Source of the DNA: Chitinophagaceae bacterium
Lineage (GTDB): Bacteria; Bacteroidota; Bacteroidia; Chitinophagales; Chitinophagaceae
Assembly: GCA_009693615.1 (NCBI GenBank)
Contig: SHWX01000001.1
Location: forward strand, 1,586-65,585
DNA length: 64,000 nt
Direction of reading: 5' to 3'
The position numbers and the translations under genes were made by a program. Numbering within the stretch: position 1 is the stretch's first letter; each line of letters begins with the position of its first letter. Under the pieces are notes generated by a model. That model worked only from the letters and a program-made list of their open reading frames with translations. It was not told the origin of the DNA and ran no database searches. This document shows, in pieces, positions 1 through 10,196 of this stretch.

Positions 1-1472
1 TGTTCTTTACCAGTGCCTTTATCTTTTGCACTTACATTCAAGATACCATTCGCATCAATATCAAAAGTAACTTCAATTTGAGGAACGCCTCTTGGTGCTG
101 GTGGAATACCATCCAAGTTAAACATACCTAAACTTTTATTTTGAGGTGCCATTGGACGCTCTCCTTGTAATACATGAATTTGAACACCTGGTTGATTATC
201 GCTAGCAGTAGAATACACTTCTGTTTTCTTAGTAGGAATAGTTGTGTTAGAAGAAATCATGGTAGTCATTACACCACCCATTGTTTCAATACCTAAGTTT
301 AAAGGTGTAACGTCTAATAACAATACATCTTTCACATCTCCTGTTAATACTGCCCCTTGAATACCTGCACCAATAGCAACCACTTCATCAGGGTTCACAG
401 AACGGTTAGGTTTTTTGCCAAAGAACTTTTCTACTATCTCTTGTATTTTAGGAATTCTTGAAGAACCTCCTACTAAAATTACTTCGTCAATTTGTGATAC
501 AGAATATCCAGCATCTTTCAATGCAATTTCACAAGGCTTTAAACAACGTGCAAATAAATTATCTGCCAATGATTCAAATTTGGCTCTTGTTAATTTTAAT
601 ACTAAGTGCTTTGGAACGCCATCCACTGCAGTAATATAAGGTAAGTTGATTTCTGTTTCAGAAGAAGAACTTAATTCTACTTTCGCTTTCTCAGCCGCTT
701 CTTTTAATCTTTGTAAAGCCATTGGATCTTTTCTTAAGTCAATCGCTTCTTGTTTTTTAAATTCATCTGCTAAGAAGTCCATGATGACTTTATCAAAATC
801 ATCACCCCCTAAGTGTGTATCTCCGTTCGTAGATTTTACTTCAAATACACCATCTCCTAAATCCAAGACAGAAATATCAAAAGTTCCACCGCCTAAATCG
901 AATACCGCAATTTTTTGTTCTATATTCTTTTTATCTAAACCATAAGCCAAGGCTGCAGCAGTAGGTTCATTTACAATTCTACGTACATTCAATCCTGCAA
1001 TCTCGCCTGCTTCTTTAGTAGCTTGTCTTTGTGCATCGTTAAAATAAGCAGGTACAGTAATTACTGCATCTGTTACTTCAGTGCCTAAATAATCTTCAGC
1101 GGTTTTTTTCATCTTCTGTAAAACCATTGCAGAAATTTCTTGTGGAGTATACATACGACCGTCGATATCAACACGCACGGTGTCGTTCTCGCCTTGTACA
1201 ATTTTATAACTCCAATGAGACTTCTCTTCAGTAATCTCATTAAAACGACGACCCATAAAACGCTTCACACTAGAGATAGTGTTTTCAGGGTTCGTGATTG
1301 CTTGACGCTTAGCAGGATCTCCTACTTTACGCTCGCCATTCTTTAAGAAGGCCACTACCGAAGGGGTAGTTCTACGTCCTTCATCATTGGCGATAACTAC
1401 TGGTTCGCCACCTTCCATAACCGATACGCAACTATTTGTCGTACCTAGGTCAATTCCTATTATTTTTGCCAT
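1..1472 (-). CDS. dnaK: Molecular chaperone DnaK (Hsp70), 3' end truncated by window edge
   Basis: Not in ORF track. Manual minus-strand translation from ATG at 1472: [38 protein letters not shown]. Also contains [25 protein letters not shown] and GDTHLGG motifs. Confidence 0.98.
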   Translation of the reverse strand, partial: MAKIIGIDLGTTNSCVSVMEGGEPVVIANDEGRRTTPSVVAFLKNGERKVGDPAKRQAITNPENTISSVKRFMGRRFNEITEEKSHWSYKIVQGENDTVRVDIDGRMYTPQEISAMVLQKMKKTAEDYLGTEVTDAVITVPAYFNDAQRQATKEAGEIAGLNVRRIVNEPTAAALAYGLDKKNIEQKIAVFDLGGGTFDISVLDLGDGVFEVKSTNGDTHLGGDDFDKVIMDFLADEFKKQEAIDLRKDPMALQRLKEAAEKAKVELSSSSETEINLPYITAVDGVPKHLVLKLTRAKFESLADNLFARCLKPCEIALKDAGYSVSQIDEVILVGGSSRIPKIQEIVEKFFGKKPNRSVNPDEVVAIGAGIQGAVLTGDVKDVLLLDVTPLNLGIETMGGVMTTMISSNTTIPTKKTEVYSTASDNQPGVQIHVLQGERPMAPQNKSLGMFNLDGIPPAPRGVPQIEVTFDIDANGILNVSAKDKGTGKE

Positions 1473-1509
1473 AATGCTTGATTTTCAATGATTAATTACT
1501 CTACTATAG

Positions 1510-1524
1510 ACAATCTTTATGCCA
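1510..1524 (-). promoter_or_regulatory. Putative sigma54-type -24/-12 element upstream of dnaK
   Basis: Minus strand reads TGGCATAAAGATTGT (GG-N10-GT versus consensus TGGCAC-N5-TTGC), 37 nt upstream of the dnaK ATG. Confidence 0.5.
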
Positions 1525-1637
1525 TAATTGGTATGCCCATATAGGGGTGCAAATTTGTCATATATGGCAGATATTAGGTTTAATTTAAGGACCTAATTGA
1601 CATATAAACCAAAAAAAGGGGTAGAAAAGGCAGAGAA

Positions 1638-2141
1638 TTATAGGGTTTCTGAACCCTTAAAAGTGAAGTTCTTTTGACTGGTATAACTAAAGATGACCAC
1701 AAAGAAGGTAGTGACTATTTTAGCCATCGTAGGAAACCAACCGAAATAATCTACAAATAGCTTTAAAAAGCCGTAATTAAGTAGCACACAGCCCAGCACC
1801 ACTATAAAATACTTCATGAGTTGCTTACGCTTAGTTACTGTAGTCTCCTGAAAAACTACATACCTACTTAAATAAAAGCCTATAGGAAAGGTGATACAGA
1901 AAGAAATGATAAAAGAAGCAATATGGGGGCTAATACTAATAAAGCCTAAATCAATTATTTGCTTGTCTAAAATATAATTGTAGGCCAGAAAAAACAAGCT
2001 AATATCCAATATCGTATTGGCGCCACCACAGGCAGCGTACCTAAAAGTTTTTAAGGGCATCATTTTCTTGAAAATGGGATAAAACCAATCAATCATTTCA
2101 AGAATAACTTTGCTAATAAAGTCGTGTAGTTTCAACATCAA
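1638..2141 (-). CDS. GtrA family membrane protein
   Basis: Four hydrophobic segments; FRYAACGGANT and MAKIVTT...FSY...FTF patterns typical of GtrA. Confidence 0.85.
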   Translation of the reverse strand: MMLKLHDFISKVILEMIDWFYPIFKKMMPLKTFRYAACGGANTILDISLFFLAYNYILDKQIIDLGFISISPHIASFIISFCITFPIGFYLSRYVVFQETTVTKRKQLMKYFIVVLGCVLLNYGFLKLFVDYFGWFPTMAKIVTTFFVVIFSYTSQKNFTFKGSETL

Positions 2142-2165
2142 TGCGCTAAGATAATCTTAATTAAT

Positions 2166-2173
2166 TACTTTTG
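2166..2173 (+). promoter_or_regulatory. Bacteroidota sigma70 -7 element (TAnnTTTG) for argS
   Basis: TACTTTTG, 19 nt before the argS ATG. Confidence 0.6.
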
Positions 2174-2192
2174 CCAAAGGCAAGCCCAATTT

Positions 2193-3959
2193 ATGAATTT
2201 AATAACCCTCTTAAAGCAGACTACATCAAAAAGCTTAGATAGCTTATACCAGGTTAAAATACAACCTGATCAAGTATTAGTAAATGCTACTAAGCCTGAA
2301 TTTGAAGGAGACTATACCATTGTATTATTTGCCTTTGTAAAACAATTAGGCAAGAGCCCTGAACAAGTGGGCAATGATTTAGGCAATGCTATGCAAAATG
2401 CCTTACCTAGTATTATTACTAATTTCAATATTGTAAAGGGATTTTTAAACTTTACTATAAGAAATGACTATTGGTTAGAATTTATTCAACATCTTTCTCC
2501 TAATGAATTACTACCTCCTGCTATAAATAAGAAAAAAATTATGGTGGAGTACTCCTCCCCTAATACCAATAAGCCTTTACACTTAGGTCATTTAAGAAAT
2601 AATTTTTTAGGATGGAGTATTGCAGAAATTTTAAAACTGCAAGGACATGAAGTGGTGAAAACTTGTATTGTAAATGATAGAGGCATTCATATTTGTAAAA
2701 GCATGATTGCTTGGCAATTATTTGCAAATGGTGCTACACCCAATTCAACGCAAAAAGGCGACCACTTCGTTGGAGATTATTACGTTAAATACAATGATGC
2801 CTTTAAAGCAGAAGTAGCTGAATTAGTAGCCGGAGGTATGATGCAGGAAACAGCAGAAAAAGAAGCCCCTATTTTAAAAGCGGCGCATGAAATGTTATTG
2901 AAATGGGAACAAGGTGATGCAGCCACGTTGAATTTATGGAAGAAAATGAATAATTGGGTATACGAAGGTTTTGAAGTGACTTATAAAAAGATTGGTTCTG
3001 ATTTTTTCAAAACCTATTATGAAAGCAATACTTATTTATTAGGTAAAGAATTAGTGGAAGAAGGACTTACTAAAAAAGTATTTTATCAAAAAGAAGATAG
3101 TTCTGTTTGGATAGACTTAACACCCGATGGCTTAGATGAAAAAATTGTGCGTCGTAAAGACGGTACTTCTGTGTATATGACGCAGGATATTGGACTAGCT
3201 CAATTAAAACAAAAAGAGTTTAATACCGATGCCAGTATTTATGTGGTGGGTGATGAACAAAATTATCATTTCAAAGTTTTAAAATTAATTTGCCAAAAAT
3301 TAAAGCAGCCTGCAGCAGATGGAATTTACCATTTAAGCTATGGCATGGTGGAACTACCTACTGGTAAAATGAAAAGCCGTGAAGGAACTGTAGTAGACGC
3401 CGATGATTTAGTAGATGAGATGATTAATATCTCAAAAGAAAAAACAGAAGCCTTGGGTAAGGTTTCCGATTTTACGCAAGCAAAACTGACTGAACTATAT
3501 AATACCATTGGATTAGGTGCCCTTAAATTTTTTCTATTAAGAGTGGACCCTAAAAAGAAAATGATATTCAACCCAGAAGAAAGTATCGACTTTCATGGCT
3601 TTACTGGGCCTTTTATACAATATACACATGCACGTATTAAAAGTATATTAAGAAAAACGGGTACAGCTTTTACCATTACCCCTAATGAACTACTGCCTTT
3701 AGAAAAACAATTAGCCATTGAGCTTTCTAGCTTCCCTGCCATGGTCAATGAAGCCGCTGACAATTTAGACCCCTCTAAATTAGCCATTTATGCTTTCAAC
3801 CTAGCTAAATTATTCAATACTTTCTATGCCGAACATTCAATTTCCAATGCAGAATCGGAAGTAAAAAAACAATTAAGAATTCAATTGGGTGTTTTAACAG
3901 CAGCTACTTTACAAAAAGCCATGAGCGCTTTAGGTATAGCTGTTCCAGAGCAAATGTAA
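2193..3959 (+). CDS. argS: Arginine--tRNA ligase
   Basis: VEYSSPNTNKPLHLGHLRN (HIGH), KMKSREG (KMSKS), GPFIQYTHAR, C-terminal PEQM. Confidence 0.97.
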   Translation: MNLITLLKQTTSKSLDSLYQVKIQPDQVLVNATKPEFEGDYTIVLFAFVKQLGKSPEQVGNDLGNAMQNALPSIITNFNIVKGFLNFTIRNDYWLEFIQHLSPNELLPPAINKKKIMVEYSSPNTNKPLHLGHLRNNFLGWSIAEILKLQGHEVVKTCIVNDRGIHICKSMIAWQLFANGATPNSTQKGDHFVGDYYVKYNDAFKAEVAELVAGGMMQETAEKEAPILKAAHEMLLKWEQGDAATLNLWKKMNNWVYEGFEVTYKKIGSDFFKTYYESNTYLLGKELVEEGLTKKVFYQKEDSSVWIDLTPDGLDEKIVRRKDGTSVYMTQDIGLAQLKQKEFNTDASIYVVGDEQNYHFKVLKLICQKLKQPAADGIYHLSYGMVELPTGKMKSREGTVVDADDLVDEMINISKEKTEALGKVSDFTQAKLTELYNTIGLGALKFFLLRVDPKKKMIFNPEESIDFHGFTGPFIQYTHARIKSILRKTGTAFTITPNELLPLEKQLAIELSSFPAMVNEAADNLDPSKLAIYAFNLAKLFNTFYAEHSISNAESEVKKQLRIQLGVLTAATLQKAMSALGIAVPEQM

Positions 3960-4029
3960 TAAGCTATAAAAATGTAAGACTGGATTTTAGTATACACTTA
4001 CGTTTAGTGTATAAATTAATTGAATTAAC

Positions 4030-4656
4030 TTAAGTCCTTTTTAATTTAGAACTATTATACACTTCAAGTGTATCCTCTTCAAAACCCCACTGCGTTAACA
4101 GGGTATCCATTTGCGCTTGCGGCAATGAAGCTTTATTATAATGGCCCGCATTCATCTTCTGACGCATGGCTTCATAAATACTTACCGCACAAGCCACCGA
4201 TATATTTAAGCTTTGAATAATACCCATTTGTGGTATAATAAAATTTCCATCGGCTAAATTTCTAAATTCTTCTGTCACTCCCGCATGTTCATTACCAAAA
4301 ACCAAGGCCACCGATTCTGTAAAATTAATATCATGCAGACTTACCGCATCACTGGACAAATGCGTAGTTAATATTTTACTGAATTTTTTTCTTAGTTCCT
4401 TTACACAGTCTTCCAAAGTTTCAAACTCATGAATGGTTAACCATTTTAAAGCACTACTACTACTTCTATAGCCCCATTTTTTATGTCTGGGTATTTTAGT
4501 AGTTAATACATAAACTTCTTGAATACCTACCGCATCACAGGTTCGCATTACTGCAGACACATTATGTGGGTCTTGCACATTCTCTAGTACCACCGTCAAA
4601 TTTGCTTGACGCTTACTTAATACTTTTAATAATTTTTCACTGCGCTCTGGTGTCAT
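4030..4656 (-). CDS. trmH: TrmH/SpoU family RNA methyltransferase (tRNA G18 2'-O-methyltransferase-like)
   Basis: LENVQDPHNVSAVMRTCDA, FGNEHAG and SLNISVA SPOUT motifs. Confidence 0.85.
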   Translation of the reverse strand: MTPERSEKLLKVLSKRQANLTVVLENVQDPHNVSAVMRTCDAVGIQEVYVLTTKIPRHKKWGYRSSSSALKWLTIHEFETLEDCVKELRKKFSKILTTHLSSDAVSLHDINFTESVALVFGNEHAGVTEEFRNLADGNFIIPQMGIIQSLNISVACAVSIYEAMRQKMNAGHYNKASLPQAQMDTLLTQWGFEEDTLEVYNSSKLKRT

Positions 4657-4658
4657 AA

Positions 4659-5708
4659 TTATTTTTTAAAAGGCATTACATATTTAACCCCTAATCCTGG
4701 CTTGGTTAATGGCCTTATCTTACCCTTACTATTTTCTAAATTATAATCAAGGCCTATTCCATTTAATTCTGTCATTAATAATGGGCCGTCCATATCTACA
4801 TAATCAAGTTGTGGTAAGAACTGCGCAATAGCGGCAGAACCAATCACCGATTCATTCATGCTACCCATCATTACCTTCATCCCTAATGCTTTCGCTTCTT
4901 TAATCATTCTTAGTGCTGGTGTAAGACCACTGCATTTAGTTAATTTAATATTAATACCATGAAAATAATTCGCACAAGTAGCAACCTCTTTTTCAAACAC
5001 ACAGGACTCATCGGCAAATAAAGGTAAAACAGATACCGATTTTAATTGCGCCATCCCCTCCCAATTATCTTTAGCCAAAGGTTGTTCCACCAATTCTACG
5101 CCTAAATTAGCAAGGGCTGGAATTTTTTGCAAGGCTTCTTCGCTAGTCCATCCTGCATTGGCGTCTACACGAAGTGGTGCATTGGTATGAGCACGCAGCG
5201 CTGTAATCATTTCAATATCGTAATCGGTGCCTACTTTAATTTTATATATAGGCCAAGGATGAGCTTTCATTTTCTCTACCATCTTTTCTATAGAATCAAT
5301 CCCTAAGGTATAATCACAAATGGGTGTGGGGGTGTTTTCATTCCAAGCTGTATTCCAAATATCGTGTATCGGCATTTTTTTCATTTGTCCAAATAAATCC
5401 CAGCCTGCCATATCTAAGGCCGACACTAAAAAAGGATCATTTGGAAACAAGTGGTGTAAAAAATGCCAAAAACGTTCTGGATCAATTAATGCGAACTTCT
5501 CAATGAGTTTTCTATTTTTTTCTAAGATCTCCATCATTGATTCCACGGTGACATTATAGTAAACAATGGCTGGCGCCTCGCCAAAACCTTGCCAATTGCC
5601 TAAAGACAATCGAATCATCAAACTATGCTGATGCGTTTTCGTTCTGCCATTGGAAATGGTAAATGGATATTCAAAAGGTAATTGTTGTTCCCAAAAATCT
5701 AATTGCAC
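4659..5708 (-). CDS. Dipeptide epimerase (enolase superfamily), GTG start
   Basis: KIK, RVDAN, EQP, ADES, INIKLTK and DMDG motifs. Confidence 0.9.
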   Translation of the reverse strand: MQLDFWEQQLPFEYPFTISNGRTKTHQHSLMIRLSLGNWQGFGEAPAIVYYNVTVESMMEILEKNRKLIEKFALIDPERFWHFLHHLFPNDPFLVSALDMAGWDLFGQMKKMPIHDIWNTAWNENTPTPICDYTLGIDSIEKMVEKMKAHPWPIYKIKVGTDYDIEMITALRAHTNAPLRVDANAGWTSEEALQKIPALANLGVELVEQPLAKDNWEGMAQLKSVSVLPLFADESCVFEKEVATCANYFHGINIKLTKCSGLTPALRMIKEAKALGMKVMMGSMNESVIGSAAIAQFLPQLDYVDMDGPLLMTELNGIGLDYNLENSKGKIRPLTKPGLGVKYVMPFKK

Positions 5709-5877
5709 TTATATAATTTCTGCTAAGATACTAAATAGCCGATTGTTATATAAGTTGAAGCAGTTTATGATAAAGTATCAAAGTCTATTAAAAACACATT
5801 AAATTTATTTTAGTAAAATTATATAAGCTGTTGTATATTTACGTATGATACTTATTATCAATTGTTTACGATAATTA

Positions 5878-6348
5878 ATGGACAAAATATTAATATATAC
5901 CGATGGTTCTTCAAGGGGTAATCCAGGTCCGGGCGGATTCGGTGCTTTACTAATGTGGTCAGGTAAAACCAAAGAAATACATGAAGCCTATCGTAAAACC
6001 ACCAATAATAGAATGGAACTATTAGCGGTCATTAAAGCCCTATCAGCCTTAAAAACAAAAACCCTCCCTATTCATATTTATACCGATAGTAAATACGTAG
6101 TAGAATCGGTAGAAAAAAAATGGTTGAACAACTGGATCAAAACCGATTTTAAAGGCGGGAAGAAAAATAAAGACCTTTGGTTACAATATCATAAAATAGC
6201 TGCCCCTTTCACCATTAAATTTCATTGGGTAAAAGGACATAGTGATAATGCACACAATAATAGATGCGATGTATTAGCTACAGAAGCTGCCGACAATGGG
6301 CCTTGGAAAATTGACGAGGTTTTCGAATTAAATGAAGCTGCTAAATAA
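5878..6348 (+). CDS. rnhA: Ribonuclease HI
   Basis: YTDGSSRGNPGPGG, TTNNRMEL, YTDSKY, WVKGH...NNRCD. Confidence 0.97.
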   Translation: MDKILIYTDGSSRGNPGPGGFGALLMWSGKTKEIHEAYRKTTNNRMELLAVIKALSALKTKTLPIHIYTDSKYVVESVEKKWLNNWIKTDFKGGKKNKDLWLQYHKIAAPFTIKFHWVKGHSDNAHNNRCDVLATEAADNGPWKIDEVFELNEAAK

Positions 6349-6387
6349 TTGTAGCTCTGCTATTAGATAATTACAGATAACTAAAAA

Positions 6388-6942
6388 TTAGATGGCTTTA
6401 AACTTCGGAATAAGTACACGAAAAGAGCCAAATAAAACGCCACCAAATACTAAAGTACCCGCCACACTATAAGGATAAAAAGGTATACCGTCTACCATAG
6501 TTTGAATAAGACCTGTAATAGTGAATGCATGATGATAGCCTCCCCCTTGTGCCCATACTAAAAAGTTGGAAACTAAAAAGTAAGCAGTAGGTGCAGATAA
6601 AAAGCCTATAAAATATTTAGATGGTTTATTGCTTTGTAAACCAAAACCAAATATAGCGGTACTAGCAATTAAAACATAGTTTAATAATTGACCTTGATAA
6701 AAACCTTGAATAGGTGTTAAATGATAAGTATATAATACTTGATACAACAAATCAGAGATAAACATTGAAAGTATTGGTAATAAAAAAGCATATTGCTTTT
6801 GTTTTGCGAATAAAGACCCACCAAATAAGGCAATAGCAATTTGTGGTGCAAATCCATAAGGTCTTCCTGGTAAAACACGGTATAAAGCACTCGTAAGTAT
6901 CATTATAACTAAAGCCACGAATATTTGCTTGTTGAATCTCAT
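6388..6942 (-). CDS. DUF6580-like putative transport membrane protein
   Basis: Multi-TM; FAPQIAIALFGG, MFISD, FLVSNFLVW and GIPFY patterns. Confidence 0.7.
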   Translation of the reverse strand: MRFNKQIFVALVIMILTSALYRVLPGRPYGFAPQIAIALFGGSLFAKQKQYAFLLPILSMFISDLLYQVLYTYHLTPIQGFYQGQLLNYVLIASTAIFGFGLQSNKPSKYFIGFLSAPTAYFLVSNFLVWAQGGGYHHAFTITGLIQTMVDGIPFYPYSVAGTLVFGGVLFGSFRVLIPKFKAI

Positions 6943-7061
6943 CTTCTTTGTTTTTATCTTTAAATGCTAAATTGCTGCTGATAGCTTAGCTACAAAAATA
7001 AGGCTTTCATCCTTTATTTAATTTATTTTATAAATAATGATTTTCCTCATTTGTGAATAAA

Positions 7062-8255
7062 CTATTTAGGGACATAAGACTTAAACAAAATAGCTGCTGC
7101 TTTGGCCTTTATTTTAAGCTTGGCATTAGGTATCAAAAGCGCGGTATCACCGGCTTTATAAGCTATATCTTCAATAATAACTTCACCATCCATAACTAAT
7201 AGCATCTCTAAGCTATAGGTTGAAATTGTGTAAACATCCCCTGCATTTAGTACTATTTTACTTAAACTAAAATCGGGGACTGGGCAGGGATAGTTTATTT
7301 CTTGGTCATTAAGCTTATCCCTTTTTAGAATAGAAGGATAAGTGGGTACAAAATTTACATGTTGTATGAGTTCTTTCACATCGACATGTTTAGGTGTTAA
7401 ACCCCCTCTTAAAACATTATCGCTATTAGCCATCAATTCAATATTCTGTCCTTCTAAATAGGCATGTAATATACCAGCCCCTTGAAATATGCCTTGGTAC
7501 TTAGGAATGTTTACAATATTCAAAATGTATATGGAGAAAATTCCTTTATCAATATTTTTTAAAGGTATTCCGTCCGCATAATATTTATTAGCCCAAAACG
7601 CTGGATTGTTTTTTGCAACTGTTCCTTTAGCCACTTCCTTAGCCGCTTCTTCTAATAAGGGTTTTAATATGGCATCTGAAGCTGCCATGGGAAGCTGCAT
7701 AAAAAAGGAATACAAATTTTGATAATCACCCCCTCTAAATTCATTCATTAAGGGTTTGAGACATAAATTAGTATTCAATCTTTCTTCTAAAATGGCTGGT
7801 GGTAAAAAACCGTGTAATAACCAAAAATCGCTGAGGGCCACCATTATTTCAGGCTTATGATTCTCGTCTTTATAATTTCTATTGGCTGCATCAATGGCAA
7901 TACCCTTGTTCTGTTCTGCTTTAAAACCTATGACTGCATTTTGCTTTGAAGGGTGCACTTGAATACTTAGCATATCATGCACATCCAATATTTTATATAA
8001 GTAAGGCAATACCTTATACTTATGGGCTATTTCTTTTCCCAGCCATTGAACAGGTTGTTCGTTTATTAATTTTGCTAAATCTTCCTCCCCTTCTGTTGTT
8101 TGAATAGTAGAGGCTGCCAAAGGATGAGTTCCCATCCAATATTCTGCATAAGGCAAATGATTTACATTCTCTACACCCATCAAGTTGGGAAGAAAGGTCT
8201 TACCTCCCCAATCATAATGCCTATGTTTTCCTAGTAATTTATACGCTTTTTGCAT
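7062..8255 (-). CDS. manA: Mannose-6-phosphate isomerase, class I
   Basis: YDWGG, AEYWMGTH, LSIQVHP, YKDENHKPE, LHAYLEG, MANSDNVLRGGLTPK. Confidence 0.96.
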   Translation of the reverse strand: MQKAYKLLGKHRHYDWGGKTFLPNLMGVENVNHLPYAEYWMGTHPLAASTIQTTEGEEDLAKLINEQPVQWLGKEIAHKYKVLPYLYKILDVHDMLSIQVHPSKQNAVIGFKAEQNKGIAIDAANRNYKDENHKPEIMVALSDFWLLHGFLPPAILEERLNTNLCLKPLMNEFRGGDYQNLYSFFMQLPMAASDAILKPLLEEAAKEVAKGTVAKNNPAFWANKYYADGIPLKNIDKGIFSIYILNIVNIPKYQGIFQGAGILHAYLEGQNIELMANSDNVLRGGLTPKHVDVKELIQHVNFVPTYPSILKRDKLNDQEINYPCPVPDFSLSKIVLNAGDVYTISTYSLEMLLVMDGEVIIEDIAYKAGDTALLIPNAKLKIKAKAAAILFKSYVPK

Positions 8256-8306
8256 GTAGATAAAATGTCGATGTTTGGGCTATACGTTAAAGCTAAAGAA
8301 TTTTAA

Positions 8307-8660
8307 ATGAGCAACAAAGAAATTGGGAATTTTGGTGAAAATATGGCCACCAGTCACCTGAGTCAACTAGGCTTTGAAATAATGCATCGTAATTGGAGAT
8401 ACAAACATTTAGAAATAGACATAATTGCCAGCAAGGACAATCTCTTGCACATTATTGAAGTAAAAACAAGATCCAGTATTGAATTTGGCTATCCCGAACA
8501 ATTTATAAACAAACAAAAAATGCAGTTTTTAAAAAATGCGGCGGCACATTTTCAATACCAAAACCCTGGGTGGAAATACTTGCAGTTTGATGTTATCTCT
8601 ATTTTCTTAAATGAAAAACAAATATGGGAATTAGCCTTTTTCGAGGATGTCTACTTCTAA
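8307..8660 (+). CDS. YraN family (UPF0102) putative endonuclease
   Basis: GNFGE, RNWR, EIDII, EVKTR, FDVISI. Confidence 0.92.
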   Translation: MSNKEIGNFGENMATSHLSQLGFEIMHRNWRYKHLEIDIIASKDNLLHIIEVKTRSSIEFGYPEQFINKQKMQFLKNAAAHFQYQNPGWKYLQFDVISIFLNEKQIWELAFFEDVYF

Positions 8661-8666
8661 TAAGTA

Positions 8667-9164
8667 TTAGCCAATTAGTTCCTGCATTTTCTCGACCATC
8701 TTATAAGTGGCTGGACACAATTCAACATTTTGTTTGTGTACATGCATATACTCGGTCATTTTTCTTTTGGTCAAGTGTGGGAATCCAGCACAGTCTGCTG
8801 GTCTAATATCATAAATATTACACTTATTAGTTTTCAAATTTAAAAACTGACATGGCTGTAATTTATTTAACCAATCCTTATCTTTTTTATCATAGTCTAA
8901 CCACTTTTCTTTAAAAGCAGCAGGTGTCATTTCGAAGTGACTTGAAATTCTTTTAATATCGGTGGGTGTAAATGTAGGGCTCATTGTTTTGCAACAATTA
9001 GCACATGATAAACAGTCTATCTCTTTCCAAACTAAGGGGCTAATTTTTTGAGTTAATTGATCAAGTCCTTTAGGCGTGTTTTTTTCTATTTTTCTAAGAA
9101 ATGATTTTAATTGTTTCCCGTTATGCCTCACTTTCTGCTTAAATGACCTTAAATTTACTTTCAT
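8667..9164 (-). CDS. YkgJ family cysteine-cluster protein
   Basis: CLSCANCC...PCQFL...CNIYDIRPADCAGFP. Confidence 0.9.
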   Translation of the reverse strand: MKVNLRSFKQKVRHNGKQLKSFLRKIEKNTPKGLDQLTQKISPLVWKEIDCLSCANCCKTMSPTFTPTDIKRISSHFEMTPAAFKEKWLDYDKKDKDWLNKLQPCQFLNLKTNKCNIYDIRPADCAGFPHLTKRKMTEYMHVHKQNVELCPATYKMVEKMQELIG

Positions 9165-9230
9165 ATTATGTTTAATCTGATGCGAAATAAAATCATTAAT
9201 ACATAACTATCAAATCTTTTATTCAATCAT

Positions 9231-10136
9231 ATGAATTGGGCTCCCTATAAAAAAGGATTCAAAGCATTCTTACAACTTGAAAAGTCGTTAAGCGCTCATT
9301 CTGTGGAAGCTTACCTAAGAGATATTGATAAATTAACCAACTATCTTGAATCTAATGAAGAAACGCTGAGTCCTGCAGAAGTAAGTTTACAACACCTGCA
9401 ATCATTTATACAATGTATTGGAGAAATGGAGATGGCCCCTACTTCTCAAGCAAGAATTATATCAGGTATAAAATCATTTTTCAAATATTGTCTATTAGAA
9501 CAAATTTGCACAGTCAATCCAACCACCTTACTACCTAGCCCCAAAACAAGACGTAAACTACCCGATGTTTTAAGCTTTGAAGAAATAGAACTGTTAATAG
9601 GTCATATTGATTTAAGTAAACCTGAAGGTGGACGCAATAAAGCCATTTTAGAAACAATGTATAGTTCTGGCCTTAGGGTCACTGAAGCCATTAATTTAAA
9701 AATTTCTTGTTTGTATTTAGATGTAGGCTTTATCAGAGTCATTGGCAAAGGCGATAAAGAAAGGCTAATTCCCATTGGATCAGATGCCATTAAATTTATA
9801 AAAATTTATAAAGACACCATTCGTATTCATCAAAGCCCTGCCAAAAACTGTGAAGACATTCTATTTTTAAACAACCGTGGTAAGGGACTTAGCAGGGTGA
9901 TGATATTTTATATAATTAAAGACCTTATTTTAAAATCGGGTATCAAAAAATCGATATCCCCCCATAGTTTCAGGCACTCTTTTGCCACCCATTTAGTAGA
10001 GGGCGGGGCTGACCTAAGGGCCGTTCAAGAAATGCTAGGCCATGAGAGCATCACCACCACTGAAATTTACACCCATATTAATAGAGAATACCTCAGAGAC
10101 ACCCTTGACCGCTTTCACCCCGCCTTTAAAAAATAA
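9231..10136 (+). CDS. xerD: Site-specific tyrosine recombinase XerD
   Basis: SVEAYLRD, MYSSGLRVTE, GKGDKERLIP, SPHSFRHSFATHL, LGHESITTTEIYTH; 301 aa in a housekeeping context. Confidence 0.9.
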   Translation: MNWAPYKKGFKAFLQLEKSLSAHSVEAYLRDIDKLTNYLESNEETLSPAEVSLQHLQSFIQCIGEMEMAPTSQARIISGIKSFFKYCLLEQICTVNPTTLLPSPKTRRKLPDVLSFEEIELLIGHIDLSKPEGGRNKAILETMYSSGLRVTEAINLKISCLYLDVGFIRVIGKGDKERLIPIGSDAIKFIKIYKDTIRIHQSPAKNCEDILFLNNRGKGLSRVMIFYIIKDLILKSGIKKSISPHSFRHSFATHLVEGGADLRAVQEMLGHESITTTEIYTHINREYLRDTLDRFHPAFKK

Positions 10137-10196
10137 CAAAAAATACACATTTACTACCTAGAAATAAACTAGGTTTGTTATCTAAAAAAATTGCAT

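Noticed and set aside
415-1346. Three plus-strand ORFs (74, 99 and 68 aa)
   Set aside because: They are antisense shadows of dnaK; the open frame opposite hsp70 genes is a well-known annotation artefact.
7052-7060. Perfect DnaA-box-type 9-mer (TGTGAATAA); near-matches at about 30319 and 43612
   Set aside because: Isolated boxes with no cluster, so there is no support for oriC.
9150-9176. TTATGTTTAAT upstream of xerD resembling the XerD arm of dif; weaker look-alikes near 30270 and 43571
   Set aside because: None has both a XerC arm ending in ATAA and a good XerD arm at 6-nt spacing.
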